Part shown: positions 49,590 to 63,945 of the stretch, in pieces
Layout: each line of letters begins with the position of its first letter
Numbering within the stretch: the first letter of the stretch is position 1
Assembly (NCBI RefSeq): GCF_001194135.2
Contig: NC_068993.1
Location: 16,998,839-17,062,838 of the forward strand
Direction: 5' to 3'
Length of the DNA stretch: 64,000 nucleotides
DNA from: Octopus bimaculoides
Lineage: Eukaryota
Position numbers and translations under genes: made by a program
Notes under the pieces: model-generated
Told to the model about the DNA's origin: nothing
The model's database searches: none
Seen by the model: the letters and a program-made list of their open reading frames with translations, nothing else

Positions 49590-52500
49590 GTCTAACCCAT
49601 ACCAACATGGAAAGCAGACATTAAGTGATGATGACGATGTATTAAAAATTGTTAAAATATTTTATGTATTGTGGAAGTATAACCAATTTATTGCATGTAA
49701 ATTTTAAGAACAAAATCTTATATGTACTTCCAAGGGCCATGTGAACCCAAGTTGAAAATCACTGATTTAAATATTAAACAATATAGAATAGGTAGTTTTG
49801 TATTGGATAACTTACATAATATTCTGTAATCTGTTGAAGATTTTGTATTGTTGTTCTTGTTGATTAGCCACTAGTATGCCCTAATCTAGCAGATCTATGA
49901 CCAAAAGTATTCCAGTCTTAACCATACCTCTACTGCCTCCCTGACATAGTATATCTAGGGATTATATTAGCTAATGTGTTCTTAATTTTTTTTAGAAAGT
50001 AGTGTATGCTTTGAGGAAAGTTTCGTTACTAATTTTAGAAGGTTGACTGCATACAGGCTCCCTCATTGTCCAATTGTCTACTTTGTAGAAATTTTCAGGG
50101 TGGGTACATTGGAGGTTTTTTTACTTGATAGTTTCTTTCAATCTTAGGATAGATTTGAACTCAACACTGTGATACATTAATTTTGATATAGAGACAGACA
50201 GCCTTAGCTATTTTCAGCAATGGTGCTGTCAAATGTATGTTCACTGGTTTGAATTCCTTATCTTTTAAAGATGTTAAAGTCCATGATTACAAGAGGTGTA
50301 GTCTGAAGTAGATTGCTACCTAAAGGGTTAAAAGTCTTGCATGTCTCCAATCCATTTCCGAAGACAGTGGTAATATTTCACTGGTACTGGCATTAATGCT
50401 TCAATGCTCTTATTTTCTTCACCTACTTCCTCTAAACAGGTTCATTTCAGTCACTTGTTTCACTGATATTTGTTTTCAAATTATCATCTAATCTAGTTTG
50501 TTTTATATATTTATTTATTTTTCCTTCGTTTCTATTTTACTGTAAATAGCCACATTAAACCTTCCATTGGAACTAATTTCAGTGGTCTGTGTTGATATCC
50601 ATTGCTACAGACCATTGGGCTGTGGCAGCGAGCTATTAGCAAATGAACAACATAATGTAGTTGTAGTTGGAAGAAATATTTCCTCACTTAAAGTTGAAGT
50701 TATTTTTGCAATACATTGCTGTTAAAATGTCTTTATATCAATCTTTCCATAATGAGTAAATTTGTTATTCTTATGTGTTTTGTGTATTTTTTTTTTTTTT
50801 AATATGTAAAAGAATATTGATTTCAAATTCTATTAAAGAACCATTCTTCAAGGTCCCAAGTAATTTGCTTCTATGTAAAACATATTCCTGTGGTAGCTTT
50901 TTCTAATTAATAAATATTTATAAATAGATTGTAATGAAGTAAACTAATCAATGTCTACAAATATAGACTGTCTCGTTAGTGTCACTATGATTTCTATATT
51001 TGGATATGTCCAACATTGAACACACATCCTATTTCAATCATTTCTGAGCATTTATCAGTATTATCATTAAAAATGTTCTTAAATTTGAACCATACATAGT
51101 TAGCAATCGAAAATTCCCTTGTTGGGCTGCAAAGGCACCAGAGAATATATCATGGAAGCACATCCTGGCCTAGTCAACATAATGAAGGCTATTTCTCTCT
51201 CTCTCTATCTCTCTCTCTCCATCTTTCCCGCCCTCCATCTATCCTCTCTCTCTCTCTCTCTCTCCCTTCCTTCCCTCTATGTATCTTTCTTTCCCTCTCC
51301 ATCTATTCCCCCCCCCCTCTCTCCTAAGGTCAGAGCTTAATCTAGTATCCATGGCATATAAATAACTGAGATTACAAAACACTCCACTGAACTGGATGCT
51401 AAGTCCATCACAGGAGTAACTTCCAAGCTATTACTGAAACTCTTTTGCAGCCGAGTAGACTGGAGCAGCATGGACATGAAGTGTTTTGCTCAAGTACACA
51501 ACACACAATCCTGTCCAAGAACTGAAACTACAATCTTACAATCATGAGTGCAACACCCTAACCACTTGGCCATGTGCCTTCCCTGTATCTATATTTTGTA
51601 TCTTATATTTCGTATTTATACCTTCTTTCTTTCTTGCCTTTAACCCTCCAACGCGGAGTATAGGCCACTTATAATTGAATTCCATGTCGCATAATTTTCG
51701 CTCTGGAATTATCTCTAATCTTCCATTGGTCAGGGTTCACATTGAAAAAGTTTCTCTGTAAAGCATAAGCCTACGGCCAGCATTTACCCATGCAGAAAGT
51801 TCCCATCGTCACACCACTATATTGTCCAAAGGCAGAACAAGAGCCAATACAGTTTAGCATTAATGTTGTTGCAGTCAAAAAGAGGATATAAAGAGCTGGA
51901 ACAAATATTTCCAAGTATTTTGTCTGGTGCTTCTAACAATTGTGCCAAATCACTGCCCTAGATGAGTACTTTATTTCGTTGGCCCTGGAAGGGTGAACAA
52001 ACAACAACATTGACCTCGGTGGGAATTGAAATCAGAACTGAAAGAACCAGTTGAAATGCTGCAAGGAATTTTATCTGATGCTCTAACAGTTCTGTCTATC
52101 CACCAATTTTACTCTTGCGATATATAAATAAAATGACTAATTAGTGTTACATGAAATTTTCACACAAAAAAGACTGCTGTTATCAATTCCAAATCAACTG
52201 TGATCTATAGGCCTATGATCAGAAACATTCCAGATGTGACTATCCAGTCTTTTTTTTTTTCAGAAGGCAAGCACTTTTGTATGACAAGGTAGCTAAAACA
52301 AAGCAAAGAAGATAGTATATCAGAATACATTAGCTTATGTATGTATTTTTTTTAAAGATATTTTAAGATATTCTTAAGGTAAGCTGTGATATGAGGGAGA
52401 TTTACCTGCTATTTCTAGTAGGTAAATGCACCCTCGTTGACTTAATGTAAAAGGGTTTGCAACATCTAGAAAATATTAGATCCTTTTTTTTCCCTTTCAT

Positions 52501-53749
52501 AGAACATATTTCAGCATTCTATTAGCAGAAATGTATTTGTCTGCAAGTAAATGCTCGGTTTAAAACTACAAAAGCAAAAATATTAATAAGTCACCATCAC
52601 ATGCTACGGTTTGTGGTGGAAAAAAAAAGAGAAAAACAGAAAAAAAAAAACAACAGCCATAGCATGTGATCATGATGAATGAAGAGCATTTAGCTTTTGA
52701 AACTTTTTATTCCAGTTATACAGATTATATAGCATTACTATTTTCTTTCCTGTATGGCTGGTTTAGCTGACATATATGGCCAACCAGACTCAGCTAGCAT
52801 CGAAAAACCCAGCTGAATTAACTGACATCATTATCATCATCATCATTGCTAACATCATTATTTCCCCATGCTATTGATCATTTTCCCTTTCATTATGAAC
52901 ACCTTACTTATTTATGCCCAATATTTAATTTTTTCCCCTCGATTTCATTACTTTTGTTTACTTAATATTTTTAAGTTTCCCAACCTCTATCCAGTTTTAC
53001 AGTATTTGTATGTGTGTCTTCCTTACTCTGTTTGTATGTATATACTTTTTACTGTGTTTGTGCATGTCTGTTATTTATTGCATGTTTATATAGGTGTTCT
53101 TTATTACGTTAGCATGTGTTTCTTTTCCTGCGTTTGTATGTGTTTTTCACTATATCTGTATGCGTGTGTATTCTTTACTACATTTGTATGTATGTGTTTT
53201 TTTACTGTTTATACATGTGGTCTTTACTGTGGTTGTATGTGTGTGTTCTTTACAGTGTATGTGTATGTTCTTGCTGTATTTGTGTGTGTGTGTGTTCGTG
53301 TACAATTATTTTTTATTTATATATTTATTTACGCTTTAATGAAATACAATTAACAACTGTAGAGGTTTATTGAAGATTTGACTCTCAGAATAATATCCAA
53401 TAAGATTATGGTTCGCTAAATTCAGTAGAAATGATTGAGCTAAAAACGTACAAGGGTTTGAAACCTCAGCAAGGAATCTTTTACATGGTCACTCAATCTG
53501 CTGAAAACAGCAACCAAACTTCCTTTGAAACACTAGCTTAAAAAAGAGGAGCACATTGGGAATTTTAAGCTGAGATACACTAAAATGAGGGATGGCCATG
53601 GCTGGAATATCTTTGGTCATAAATCTTCTCATACAAAGTTGATTTTTGTGTCAATCCTTAACTAAATATTGCAAGATGTTTTTTTTTTTTTTTTTTTTGT
53701 ACTTTACTATTCCTTCCACCACCATCGCTATGTTTCTGTTTTGTAATTA

Positions 53750-54480
53750 AATCAATTCCAGAATTTTAACTGGTACTAATTTTATCGGTCCTTGAAATAT
53801 AACCTGCCGAATGTACTAACTTTTGATACCTTAAAAATATTGGTTTCAAATTTTGGTACAAGGCCAGCAATTTGGGGGAGGGAGAAAGTCGGTTACATCA
53901 ACCTGATTGTCCAGCCAGTACTTATTTTATCAACCCCCAAAAGGATGAATGGGAAAGTTGAACTCAGAAGTGATTGAACTCGGAACATAAAGACAGATCA
54001 AATACCACTGAGCGTTTTGTCTGATGTGATAACAATTCTACCATCTTGCTTCTGTAATAATAATAATCTTTTCTACTGAACACACAAGGCTTGAAATTTT
54101 GTGAAAGAGGGCTTGTTGATTTATATCAACCCCAGTACTTGACTATTATTTATTTTATTAACCCTGAAAGGATAAAAGGCAGGATTGAACTCAGAGCGAA
54201 AAAATGGGTTAAATGCTGTTAAACATTTCATCTGATGTGCTAACAATTCTACCAGTTCGCCACCTTTACCATAATAATAATGGTTTCAAATTTTGGCGCA
54301 AGGGCAACAAGTTTGTGGGAGGGAGTAAGTCGATTAAATCGACCCTAGTTTGCAACTGGTACTTATTTCATCAACCCTGAAAGGATGAACGGCAAAGTTG
54401 CTTCATAGTGTAAAGATGGGTGAAATGTTGCAGAACATTTTGTCCAGCATGCTAATGATTCCGCCATCTTGCTGCCTTTA
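53750..54480 (-). mobile_element. Cluster of 4-5 family B SINE fragments, minus orientation
   Basis: Repeated ggtttcaaattttgg..caagg..gaaaggatgaa..ggcaaagt..tgctaacaattct. Confidence 0.75.
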
Positions 54481-54482
54481 CT

Positions 54483-54514
<32 letters not shown>

Positions 54515-57500
54515 TACTACTTCTGCTTTTATTGCTACTACTAACTAGCACAAAGCCTATACATTTTGGAGGTCTTCTTCCTTTATAATTCCATCCACAT
54601 CTAGTTTTAATCTCCCACTGGAATAATTAAAGGTAAAATTGACATCAGCATGATTCAAATTCTGGGAATAGAGGTATGTTACAAAGTAATATCAGAAGGC
54701 ATTTCGTTTGAAGCTCTGCTGAGTCTGCAATTCATCACTTTAATAATGATAATAATCTCGTTCCACTAAACATATATAGCGAGTCAGATGCATGTATCGG
54801 TGATAACAGGCGTTGCAATTCTTTATACTTATTACTAACACTAATTCAATAAGGATGATTAAAAATGTTCCATATATAATTTACTTTCTGTATTTCTCAT
54901 TATTTATTTATCTCGGAACAAATGAAACAATCTTGTTTCTTCCCATTTCTGTCATGTTCCATAGATTGAATCCCCATAATTTTAATTCTTCTAAATCTGA
55001 TGTCTCTTCAATATCATTTACGTAATATGTTTGAAGTAGATGAAAATATATTTCTTTATATGAATTATATAAATATATTCATATACATAAGCATGTATGT
55101 GTGTGTTCCTTTGTTTTGGGTTTTTTGTTTTTGTTTTTGTTTTTTTTACTAAAACGTCACTGTGCTCAATATGTATTGGCTGAAGATATGTGTACAGTGT
55201 ATGTGCAAATTTGAATTACATTCCCAAATTTTAAAGTTTCATACAGCCATTCTGGCATTCATCATTGTTTGTAAGGTCATATGTGTGCATATATATATAT
55301 AAGGTATATATGTACCTATATGCATACACACACACACACATGTATGTATATATACATATATTGTTGAAATCATTAGAATTTGTAGTTTCAAGAACATGGA
55401 ATAATTCCTTTTTGAGAATTAGTTCTCAAAGTACATACAATGCTATAAATAACATGTAAATGTTAAGATTAAAAACCCTTTTGGATAGATAGGGTTTTCC
55501 AATGTAAAATTTACATGCCATTTACATGTACTTGGAGAACCAATTCCAAAAAGAATTTATGTATATTTATGTGTGTGTGTGTGTGTGTGTTTGTATACAT
55601 GCACACACAGTGTGCAGTTGATGTCATTGAAACATGCGTAGATCCACGAAAGAATGTTATTCAATCTACATTCTCATGATTATTATTAATACTATATATA
55701 CATACATATACATGCACACACCCATATTATCGTCATCATCATCATCAACATCATGCCTTTACTTTTCCATGCTTGCATGGGTCAGATGAGGTTTGTTAAG
55801 ACATTTTCCTATGGTCAAACACTCTTCCTGTTGCTAGCCCTCACCTGTTTCCAAACAAGTCAACATTTTCACAGAAGGTGGGAGATGAAAAATGTAGCTT
55901 GTATGACAGTGATACTCGTTTACAACCATCACATGATGTCATGAAAAGAGTATGCACAAGCATACACTCACTCACACACACACGCACGGTACTCTTCTTT
56001 AAGTTCCAATCTACCAAATCCATTTGCAAGGCTTTGGTTAGCCCAGAGCTGTGGTAGAATACACTTGCTCAAGATGACACACAGTAGAATTGAACCCAAG
56101 GTCACATGGTTGGAAAACAAACTTTTTAACTATACAGCCATGCCTACATCTGTTCACACACACACACACACACTTATATATATATATATGTGTGTGTGTG
56201 GTGTTTGCACATGTGTGTGTGCGTGTTTGTATGTATATATAATATGATCATGCAAATTCTGTGTGACAAAGTGAAGAGCACTCCAAGCAAAGGATCTAAG
56301 AGCTATTTTTCTTTATCTATTTATTTTTTCTGCAAATATAGAATCATGTCACTCCATGTTTTTCATAGTTTCAAAGATACTCAAACATTTACTTTGTTAG
56401 GAAGCACCGGCAGTAGGAGTCAACTGATGTCTGCCAATAACTACTCAATCACTTTAAGTATCTTTGAAACTATTAGTAACATAAATTGACAGGTTTCTGT
56501 AATTGTAAAAAAAAAAAAATAGACATCCTGTTGTTTGTATGTGTGTGTGTCTGTGTGTGTACATGTGTGTCTCTGGACAGGAAGGAAAATAGTGAACATA
56601 TGTGGTTGTGTTTATTTATTCATTCGAAGCTGGTATTTCTGAGTTCAAATCCTGTATCCTGTCACTAAAAAAGCAAATCTTAGAGGATCCAATAAAACAG
56701 TATAGGTTTGGAAATCCCTTAATCTAGTGCCCAAGTATTTCAGCTTATCACTCTTAATGGGTACACACACCAGCTGATAGTAGAGAATGCAAAGGAGACT
56801 TTCTGGTCCTGTGCAATTGCTCTTTCTTTCACACATATGAACTACAGAAAAATGTACTCAAGACGTTCTAGCATTTACTTAACCTCACTGGCAGGATTAG
56901 CTGAAATTTTTACAATTGCTGTATTTCCTTGCACTCCATTTCCTCCTAAGGAAAATGTTAGTCAACTTCAGATAAGTATTTGTGCAATTTTCTTTTAAGA
57001 TCTATAAATTCAACCTTTTTATTTTATTTTATTTTTAACAAGTGCTTATGTAGTGTAAAGGCTGAAAGAAATGACATTAACCAAAATAATAGCAAAAGTA
57101 ACCACTGATAACACGGTGTAACACAATTTTTGCCCTTGGGTAGCAACTGTTATTTCCTATTTGCTTATCCCTAGAAAGTATGAGAAATGACTATATTTCC
57201 TTCAAACTTTGCTTTTGTTATGATATTTATTCAAACCTCAAAGAATCCCTCTCAACACATGGCTATGATGCTTTTCCGCTACTCCTGCTCATGATCAGAG
57301 ATGCGCACATTGTCAGCCACTATGGAGTTCAAGGGGTTACGGTCAAGCAACTGACAAGCAGGTAAATCTGTGTTACAGAGCAGATATCTGCTTCAGTGCT
57401 GAATCTCTCTGAAATGTAATTGAAAATAGGTCAGTTTCAAGACATTGATGTCCAGGTCACAAAAGTAAAGTTTGAAGGGAATAGTAGTCATTTCGTTTGA

Positions 57501-58028
57501 TTTCTAGATAGAAGCAAATTGGAAAGAACACTTACTGACCAAACACAAAAAAAAAAAGTTTAAAATTTTGTTGCACAGTGCAATTGAACTTACAGTACAT
57601 ATCTTAGGGAACTTTGTGTTAATTCTTATGCTATGGTCAAGATGCATTAAGCATCAGGTAACATTTATTCTTTATTAAGCACCTGACTGTGGCCTCATTC
57701 ATTAGACAACAAATACATTAGTTTCTGTCTATGTTCGGAAAACACATTTTTCAGTTCTATCATTGTTTTCCTTGTTGGAAATTTGTTTACATTTTATGAT
57801 TGCTGAATTTGATTCCTTGAGCACGTAGAATTATTAGAATGTCCCTTCATGTTCTGAGTTCAAATCCCTTTGAGGTCAGCTTTGCCTTTTATCCTTCTAA
57901 GGTCAATAAGATAAAGAATTAGTGAAGTATCTGGGTTAAATTAATATATTTATAATGTATCCTAGATGTGAATAAAATTATAGTAGTTGAGTAAGATTAA
58001 CTATTGAACAAAGAATAGAAGTGCAGAC

Positions 58029-58073
<45 letters not shown>

Positions 58074-58824
58074 ATGGATGGATAGATAGATAGACAGAGA
58101 CAGACAGACAACACACACACACACAGAGGTACCATATGGCCAAATGGTTAAGAAGTTTGCTTTTGTTTTGCAACCATGAGGTCCCTGATTCCATACCACT
58201 CAGTGTTATCTTCCACAAAAGTCATTTTTCTATAGTCCTGGGCCAATCCTTGTGAATGGAATTTGGTAAACCGAAGCAGCATAGACGTCCTTCAGGTGAA
58301 TTGTACCTGCAGTTTCAAAGACATGTAACCCTGTCACACAGTGTAACATACTGACTCTGCCTGAGAATTACATTACAAATGCGCTTGTCAGTGGGATGCT
58401 CAACTAATTACACGGTAATTGAATGACAGGTAATTCAGTTGATCATAAAACTGAATCCATATTAAAACTAATGGAGAGCCATCATCTATATATGCAATAT
58501 AATTGAAAATGAATGTAAGGTATCTTACATTTATTTCAATGATGTATATTACAGTTGTTTGATCAAAAGAACTATATTCATTGAATAATTGTGTAAGTAG
58601 CTGAGTTACTGCACAGACATTCTTTGTGATAAAACTTGCACTTTAGACGACAGATGTAGTCCATCCAGTGTACTTTACCACAGTCTCCATCCATGTGGCT
58701 GTATTTTACTCAGAAACCTTTGGTCATATTGGAACTCAGGTAGAAGATACTACTCAGCAAGACTGTGAAGCAGACTTTTTAATCATTTGATCATTTGGCC
58801 ATGTCTCCTTGTCATCGTCATCAT

Positions 58825-59128
58825 TTTCTTCTTCTTCTTCCTCTTCCTCCTTCTTCCTCCTTCTTCCTTCTTCGTCTTCCTCTTCCTCCTTCTTCCTCCT
58901 TCTTCCTTCTTCGTCTTCCTCTTCCCTTCCTCTTCTTCTTTCTCCTCTTCCTCCTCCTCCTTCTTCCTTCTTTGTCTTCCTCTTCCCCTCCTCTTCTTCT
59001 TTCTCCTCTTCCTCTTTCTCCTCTTGCTCCTCCTCTTCTTCTTCCTCCTCCTCCCCCCTCTTCCTCCTCCTCCTTCTCCTTCTTCTTCTCCTCCTCCTCC
59101 TCCTCCTTCTTCTTCTTCTTCTTCTTCT
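58825..59128 (+). repeat. (TCT/TCC)n polypyrimidine simple repeat
   Basis: About 300 bp of almost pure C/T with an internal tandem block (ttcctcttcctccttcttcctccttcttccttcttcgtc x2). Confidence 0.95.
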
Positions 59129-60684
59129 GCTGCTGTCTGTTTTCCATGCTGGCATGGGTTGCGCTGTTTGACAGGAAGTGGTGAGTTAGAGAACTGTGTC
59201 AAGCACTGTTTGTTTTGACAAGGTTTTTACTGCATATGTATATGTGTGAGGTGTATGTATATAAGTAAGAGGTATATGTATATTTGTGCCTCCATACATT
59301 GTTGGTATATATGCATGCAGCAACAATGTCCGCCTAATTCTTAAGTTGTTCAAATTCATATCATTCCTATTTACCAGACCAACAGTGAAAGATTTTTTTT
59401 GTCTGTGGCCATAATATTTTTTGAGGCAGTTTAAGGACTACTACAGTGACAAGTGTTTCCTGTAAAAGTTATGTGGTGAAATTTTAGGGAAGTTTAGCTT
59501 CTATTTCTAACAACTCAAGTAACCACAAAAAGGTTCCCTCGTTTACTCAGTAACTCTTAGGTAGACACTGCATTTGATAGCATTCGGTACTATGTGGGTC
59601 AATAGTTCTGTGGACGTGATGTGTGGATCTGTTATCTTCTAATATCAAGACTGATTTCTCTTATCAACTTAATGTCATGAACAACAAGAGACAAGCCCCT
59701 GGATCTGTATATTCTCGTGATTCAGAAAGAAGGCATGTATTATTATAAATAGGTGTGAGAACATGTATGGATATGTATTTACTTGTCAATTTAATTAGTC
59801 ATATAATAATTGATTTTGTTATTATATGCATTAATTATGTTTTGTTAATTTAATTGTAACGTATTCAGTGCGGCTTTTCTTAACATTTTATTATATTTAA
59901 AAATAAACTGAAATGTTTCAATTGACAAAACACACTAACATGCATGTGAATGCATGCACGCATGCACACACACACACACACATAGAGAACTCCCATCTTT
60001 TTGTCAAAGACTACTTCTAAGTTAAATTAATTTGGAAATTAGCAGCAAATTTGCTAGATAGATGCATGATCTCCCAGAAATATTCCAGCAGAAAGCTTAT
60101 TTTGTTTCTGGTATGTCCATATTTTTGTCACACTTCAGATGTGTTTTGCTGATGACTCTACATCTTTACAATTAAGATGGACCTACTTCGTTTTGATGGC
60201 AAACAGACTGTAACTTCATAATAACATTTAGTTTGCAGAAGTTGTTCAGCGGGCATGGTTGTGTGGTAAGAAGTTTGCTTCTCAACCACATGGTTTTGGG
60301 TTCAGTCCCACTGTTTGGCACCTGGGGCAAGTGTTCTCTACTGTATCTCCAAGCCAACCAAAGCCTTGTGAGTGAATTTGGTTGACAGAAACTGAAAAAT
60401 TCCCATCACATATATAAATATATATCAGTAATTATTTGGACTTTGGGTATATTTCTGTTAGTATTCCGATTGAAGTACATTCACCGTTTGGGCTACCTGA
60501 TGTCATTTTCACTGGATCTATGTCAGGAAATCTGCGGTGTTCATTTGGTTTATAATTGATGAGGGAAACAGAAACACAGCTAGATGCACAATATCCTACC
60601 TGTAAGGGACTTGCAGGATGGGTTGAAATGATTGTCATGTTGAATAAAGATTCATAGCAAATCCGTTTTCCATTTCCATCATCA

Positions 60685-60925
60685 ATTATTTATTTCTTTA
60701 TTGCCCACAGGGGGCTAAACATAGAGGGGATAAACAAGGACAGACAAGGGGATTAAGTCAATTACATCGACCCCAGTGATTAGCTGGTACTTACTTAATC
60801 GACCCCGAAAGGATGAAAGGCAAAGTTGGCCTTGGCGGAATTTGAACTCAGAACTTGAATTTGAATGGCAGATGAAATACCTCTAGGCATTTCACCCAGC
60901 GTGCTAACGTTTCTGCCAGCTCAAT
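60685..60925 (-). mobile_element. Young family B SINE
   Basis: Reverse complement of the 42391-42620 copy, CpGs largely intact. Confidence 0.85.
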
Positions 60926-61350
60926 TATGAATATATATATGTAGATAGATTGTTAGGCAGGCAGGCAGGCAGGCAGGCAGGCATGCATACATACATCTAT
61001 GTGTGTCTTTGTGTTTGTCCCCCACCACCCGTTGACAACCAAAGTTGGTTTGTTTATGTCCCCATAATTTATCTGTTCAGTAAAAAAAAAAGACTGAAAA
61101 AAATAAGTATTAGGCTCTAAAAAATATAAGTATTGGAGTTGATTGATTTGACTAAAACCTTTCAAAGTAGTGCACCAGCATGGCCACAGCCAAATGACTG
61201 AAACAAATCAAAGATAAGAGATGAAAGAAATCACGAAAGGTTTTCCAACGAAACATTTACCTTCAAACAGTTTCATACAGAAGAAAATTTGTTTGGGGAT
61301 CCTTGCATCGCATCTCCCCAAAATTTCCAACCCATTTATGCTGTCGTTTC

Positions 61351-61796
61351 TTCACCCTTTAGCATTCACAGTATTCACTCTCGCAAATGTAATGTTTATC
61401 AAGCTGGCAGCATCGAAAGCACACCAGGCAGACATACTTAGTAGTATTTCATCTGTCTTCACATTCTGGGTTCAAATTCCACCGGGATCGACTTAGCCTT
61501 TCATCTTTTCGGGGGTCAATAAACTAAGTACCAGTGAAACACTAGGGGGTCAGTGTAATCAACTAATATCCTCCCGCAAAAATTTCAGGCTTTGCGCCTT
61601 TAGTAGAAAAGATTTATTCACATTGTTTTTAATTAATCATGCATCATCTTGAAGCTTTGAGATTCTGATGAGGTAACTGTTTATTTTTAGAATGACATTG
61701 TAGAATAGGTATGAGAGGCCAGATCTGGCCAATTTGAACATAAAACATGTAGAATACTTTGGCCAGATATGGTCGGTTAAAATGCTAAAGGGTTTA
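61351..61796. mobile_element. piggyBac-like MITE with nested family B SINE (~61403-61610)
   Basis: Ends ttcaccctttagcatt...aatgctaaagggttta. The body matches 25263-25472 once the SINE is removed. Confidence 0.75.
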
Positions 61797-62874
61797 TGAC
61801 AGTTTCAACTCAGCTGCCACTTATCCATTTACTGCTTAACTCCAAATGAATCCTGGTTTAGCAGATCTTCGAGCAAAGGCATTCCAACCATGACTATCTC
61901 CTCATGAGTATATTATCAAATGTATCCTATTTTTTTAAGATAATCAGGTGTGGTTTGATTGCATTTGGCTGTTATTTCTAGCTGCCATGTAAATGATCTC
62001 TAAAAGTGCTTAGCTTTCTCTATGGAATAATCAGAATCTTCTATAGAAAATGCTGTGGCTGAAATATTTAATTAATAAACATGCCAGATGTATGTTACTC
62101 TGCATTCTGCCTCATAACAATACAGTAAGAACAATGGCTTGCCAGACAGCAAGTTTGATGCCAACAATGAACAATTGTGATGAATGTTACAAATATGATA
62201 ATAGAGACAACCAAAATATGTCATGGCTTTAGCTGCTCCATTAGCGATCTCACTGCACAATCATTCTCCAATGCCTAGCCACCAATTGAGTGGGTTATTA
62301 TTTTGGCTTTTTTACTTTCTCATATTGCCTATTTACATGGATAGTACAAGACACTCCTAACCAGGTGGGAGTTGATACATGACTCAAGTGTGCGTGTGTG
62401 ATACTGATTGAGGAATTAACAGTGTTTAAGCTGCATCTGGAATGATGTTTCTGTGTAGCTGAAACAGCTTCTCTTTACTGCAGATATACATTCCATTGTT
62501 ATCAGTATGTAGGTTGTTAAGAACTCAGAAATTAGCTGAAGGTGTTTAAAACTCTAGTATGTTTTTCCAATCACCATGTTTTAAAATTTGGGTGTGTGCT
62601 ATTGACTCATAGGCTTGAAATAGATAATGGCTAAGATTAAAAGTTCAAGTAACTAGGAAGGGCTACAAGAAGGAAAAAAAAAACAAAAAAAAAACTTCAG
62701 CTACATCAAGGTTGTGGTCTTTATTTATCTGTGACAGTAAGAAGCCAGTAATACTATTCTAGTAAATTAATACAGAGATAATGAGTACACAGAAGGCACA
62801 ATGGAATTTGTAGTGAAGTGACAACAGTAAACCAGAATTTCTGGTGTTGAAGCAGCTACCTGAAATTGTATATC

Positions 62875-62904
62875 ATGGACTACTTCGATGGCTTACTGGA
62901 AGTT
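62875..62904 (+). CDS. Candidate start-codon exon segment, MDYFDGLLEV
   Basis: atcATGG context with an upstream in-frame stop, 10 codons, then a strong donor GTT|GTAAGT at 62904/62905. An alternative frame (KPEFLVLKQLPEIVYHGLLRWLTGS) is also open. Confidence 0.3.
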
Positions 62905-63543
62905 GTAAGTATGTTTGCCATAGCAGGATTATGTTAGGATTAGCAGTATTTGAAGTTATTGTTTAAGTGTTTGCAGTCGTTTAACCCTAGGTCATACCTG
63001 ATTGAGCAGACTGAAGCTCAAAGGCATTCCAGTCATGACCAAGCATCTCATCAGTTTATATAAGTATCTAGGATTATATATAACCCAGTGAGCCAATTTC
63101 TTTCATAAACCAGCAGAATGCAACTCCTGGTAAATTTGGCTGCTATTTTTAGCAGGTTGAATGAACATTGACTAGATTCAGTTTATCTTCATTTGGTGCA
63201 TATTCTTGCTGTGTTCTCTTAAGATTGTTTCAAATATTTATATTGAAACAGAAGTATACCATGTGTACCTAAACTCGTGTTACACACAAGGAGTTTACAA
63301 CAATACTCAAGTTATAAATTTCTTTCATGTTTTTATCTTCCTCTCTCTCTCTCTCTTTCTCTTTCTCACACACACACACACACACACAGACACACGCAAA
63401 CATATATTCATAACAAAAGTATTAGAGTTTTAGAAACCAAGTCAGCTATCCCGCTCATTGAATCAACAATTATATGTTGATATATAAACACTACCACCAA
63501 CCATTCTTCCATTGCTATGTGTTTCCTATCTCGCTAGTCTCAG

Positions 63544-63655
63544 GGGGGTACTGCATAAACCATGGGCATTACTGCTCTGCACCACTAATCCATCGGGTGT
63601 GGAGGGGATGTGAAAACATCAGCAACAACAAAAAAATCCCGAGATTACTGTTCTG
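63544..63655 (+). other. Candidate exon
   Basis: Acceptors tttcctatctcgctag| (63537) or tctcag| (63543) and donor CTG|GTAAAT. Open frame GYCINHGHYCSAPLIHRVWRGCENISNNKKIPRLLF; locally GC/CpG-richer than the flanks. Confidence 0.35.
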
Positions 63656-63945
63656 GTAAATTGGAATCAAAATTAAAAGTAGATGTTTTGCAACAGTGAC
63701 TACAGAATGGAAGATAGACAAATGAAATATGAACAGATACACAACACCAATATGTAAATATGAATAAGATTACACCTATGTTTGTACTTTTACGCACATG
63801 TACAGATATCTATAATAACTATTTGAAAGATGAGAGAGAACAGAAAAATTCGCTTAATGCTTTTTCAGTATCCTGTTGCACCTTGGATGTTTGCGTATGT
63901 ATGCATGTACATGTGTGCATATATGTATATATGTGTGTGTGTGTG

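Noticed and set aside
58754-59218. Poly-Arg/Glu/Ser/Leu ORFs of 108-143 aa
   Set aside because: All frames are open simply because the TCT/TCC repeat lacks stop codons.
59615-59660. C/D-box-like GTGATG...CTGA
   Set aside because: The C box is imperfect, the interval is too short and there is no terminal stem.
60460-60560. RLKYIHRLGY, reminiscent of a kinase catalytic-loop lead-in
   Set aside because: No HRD/HxD motif follows and the frame closes shortly afterwards.
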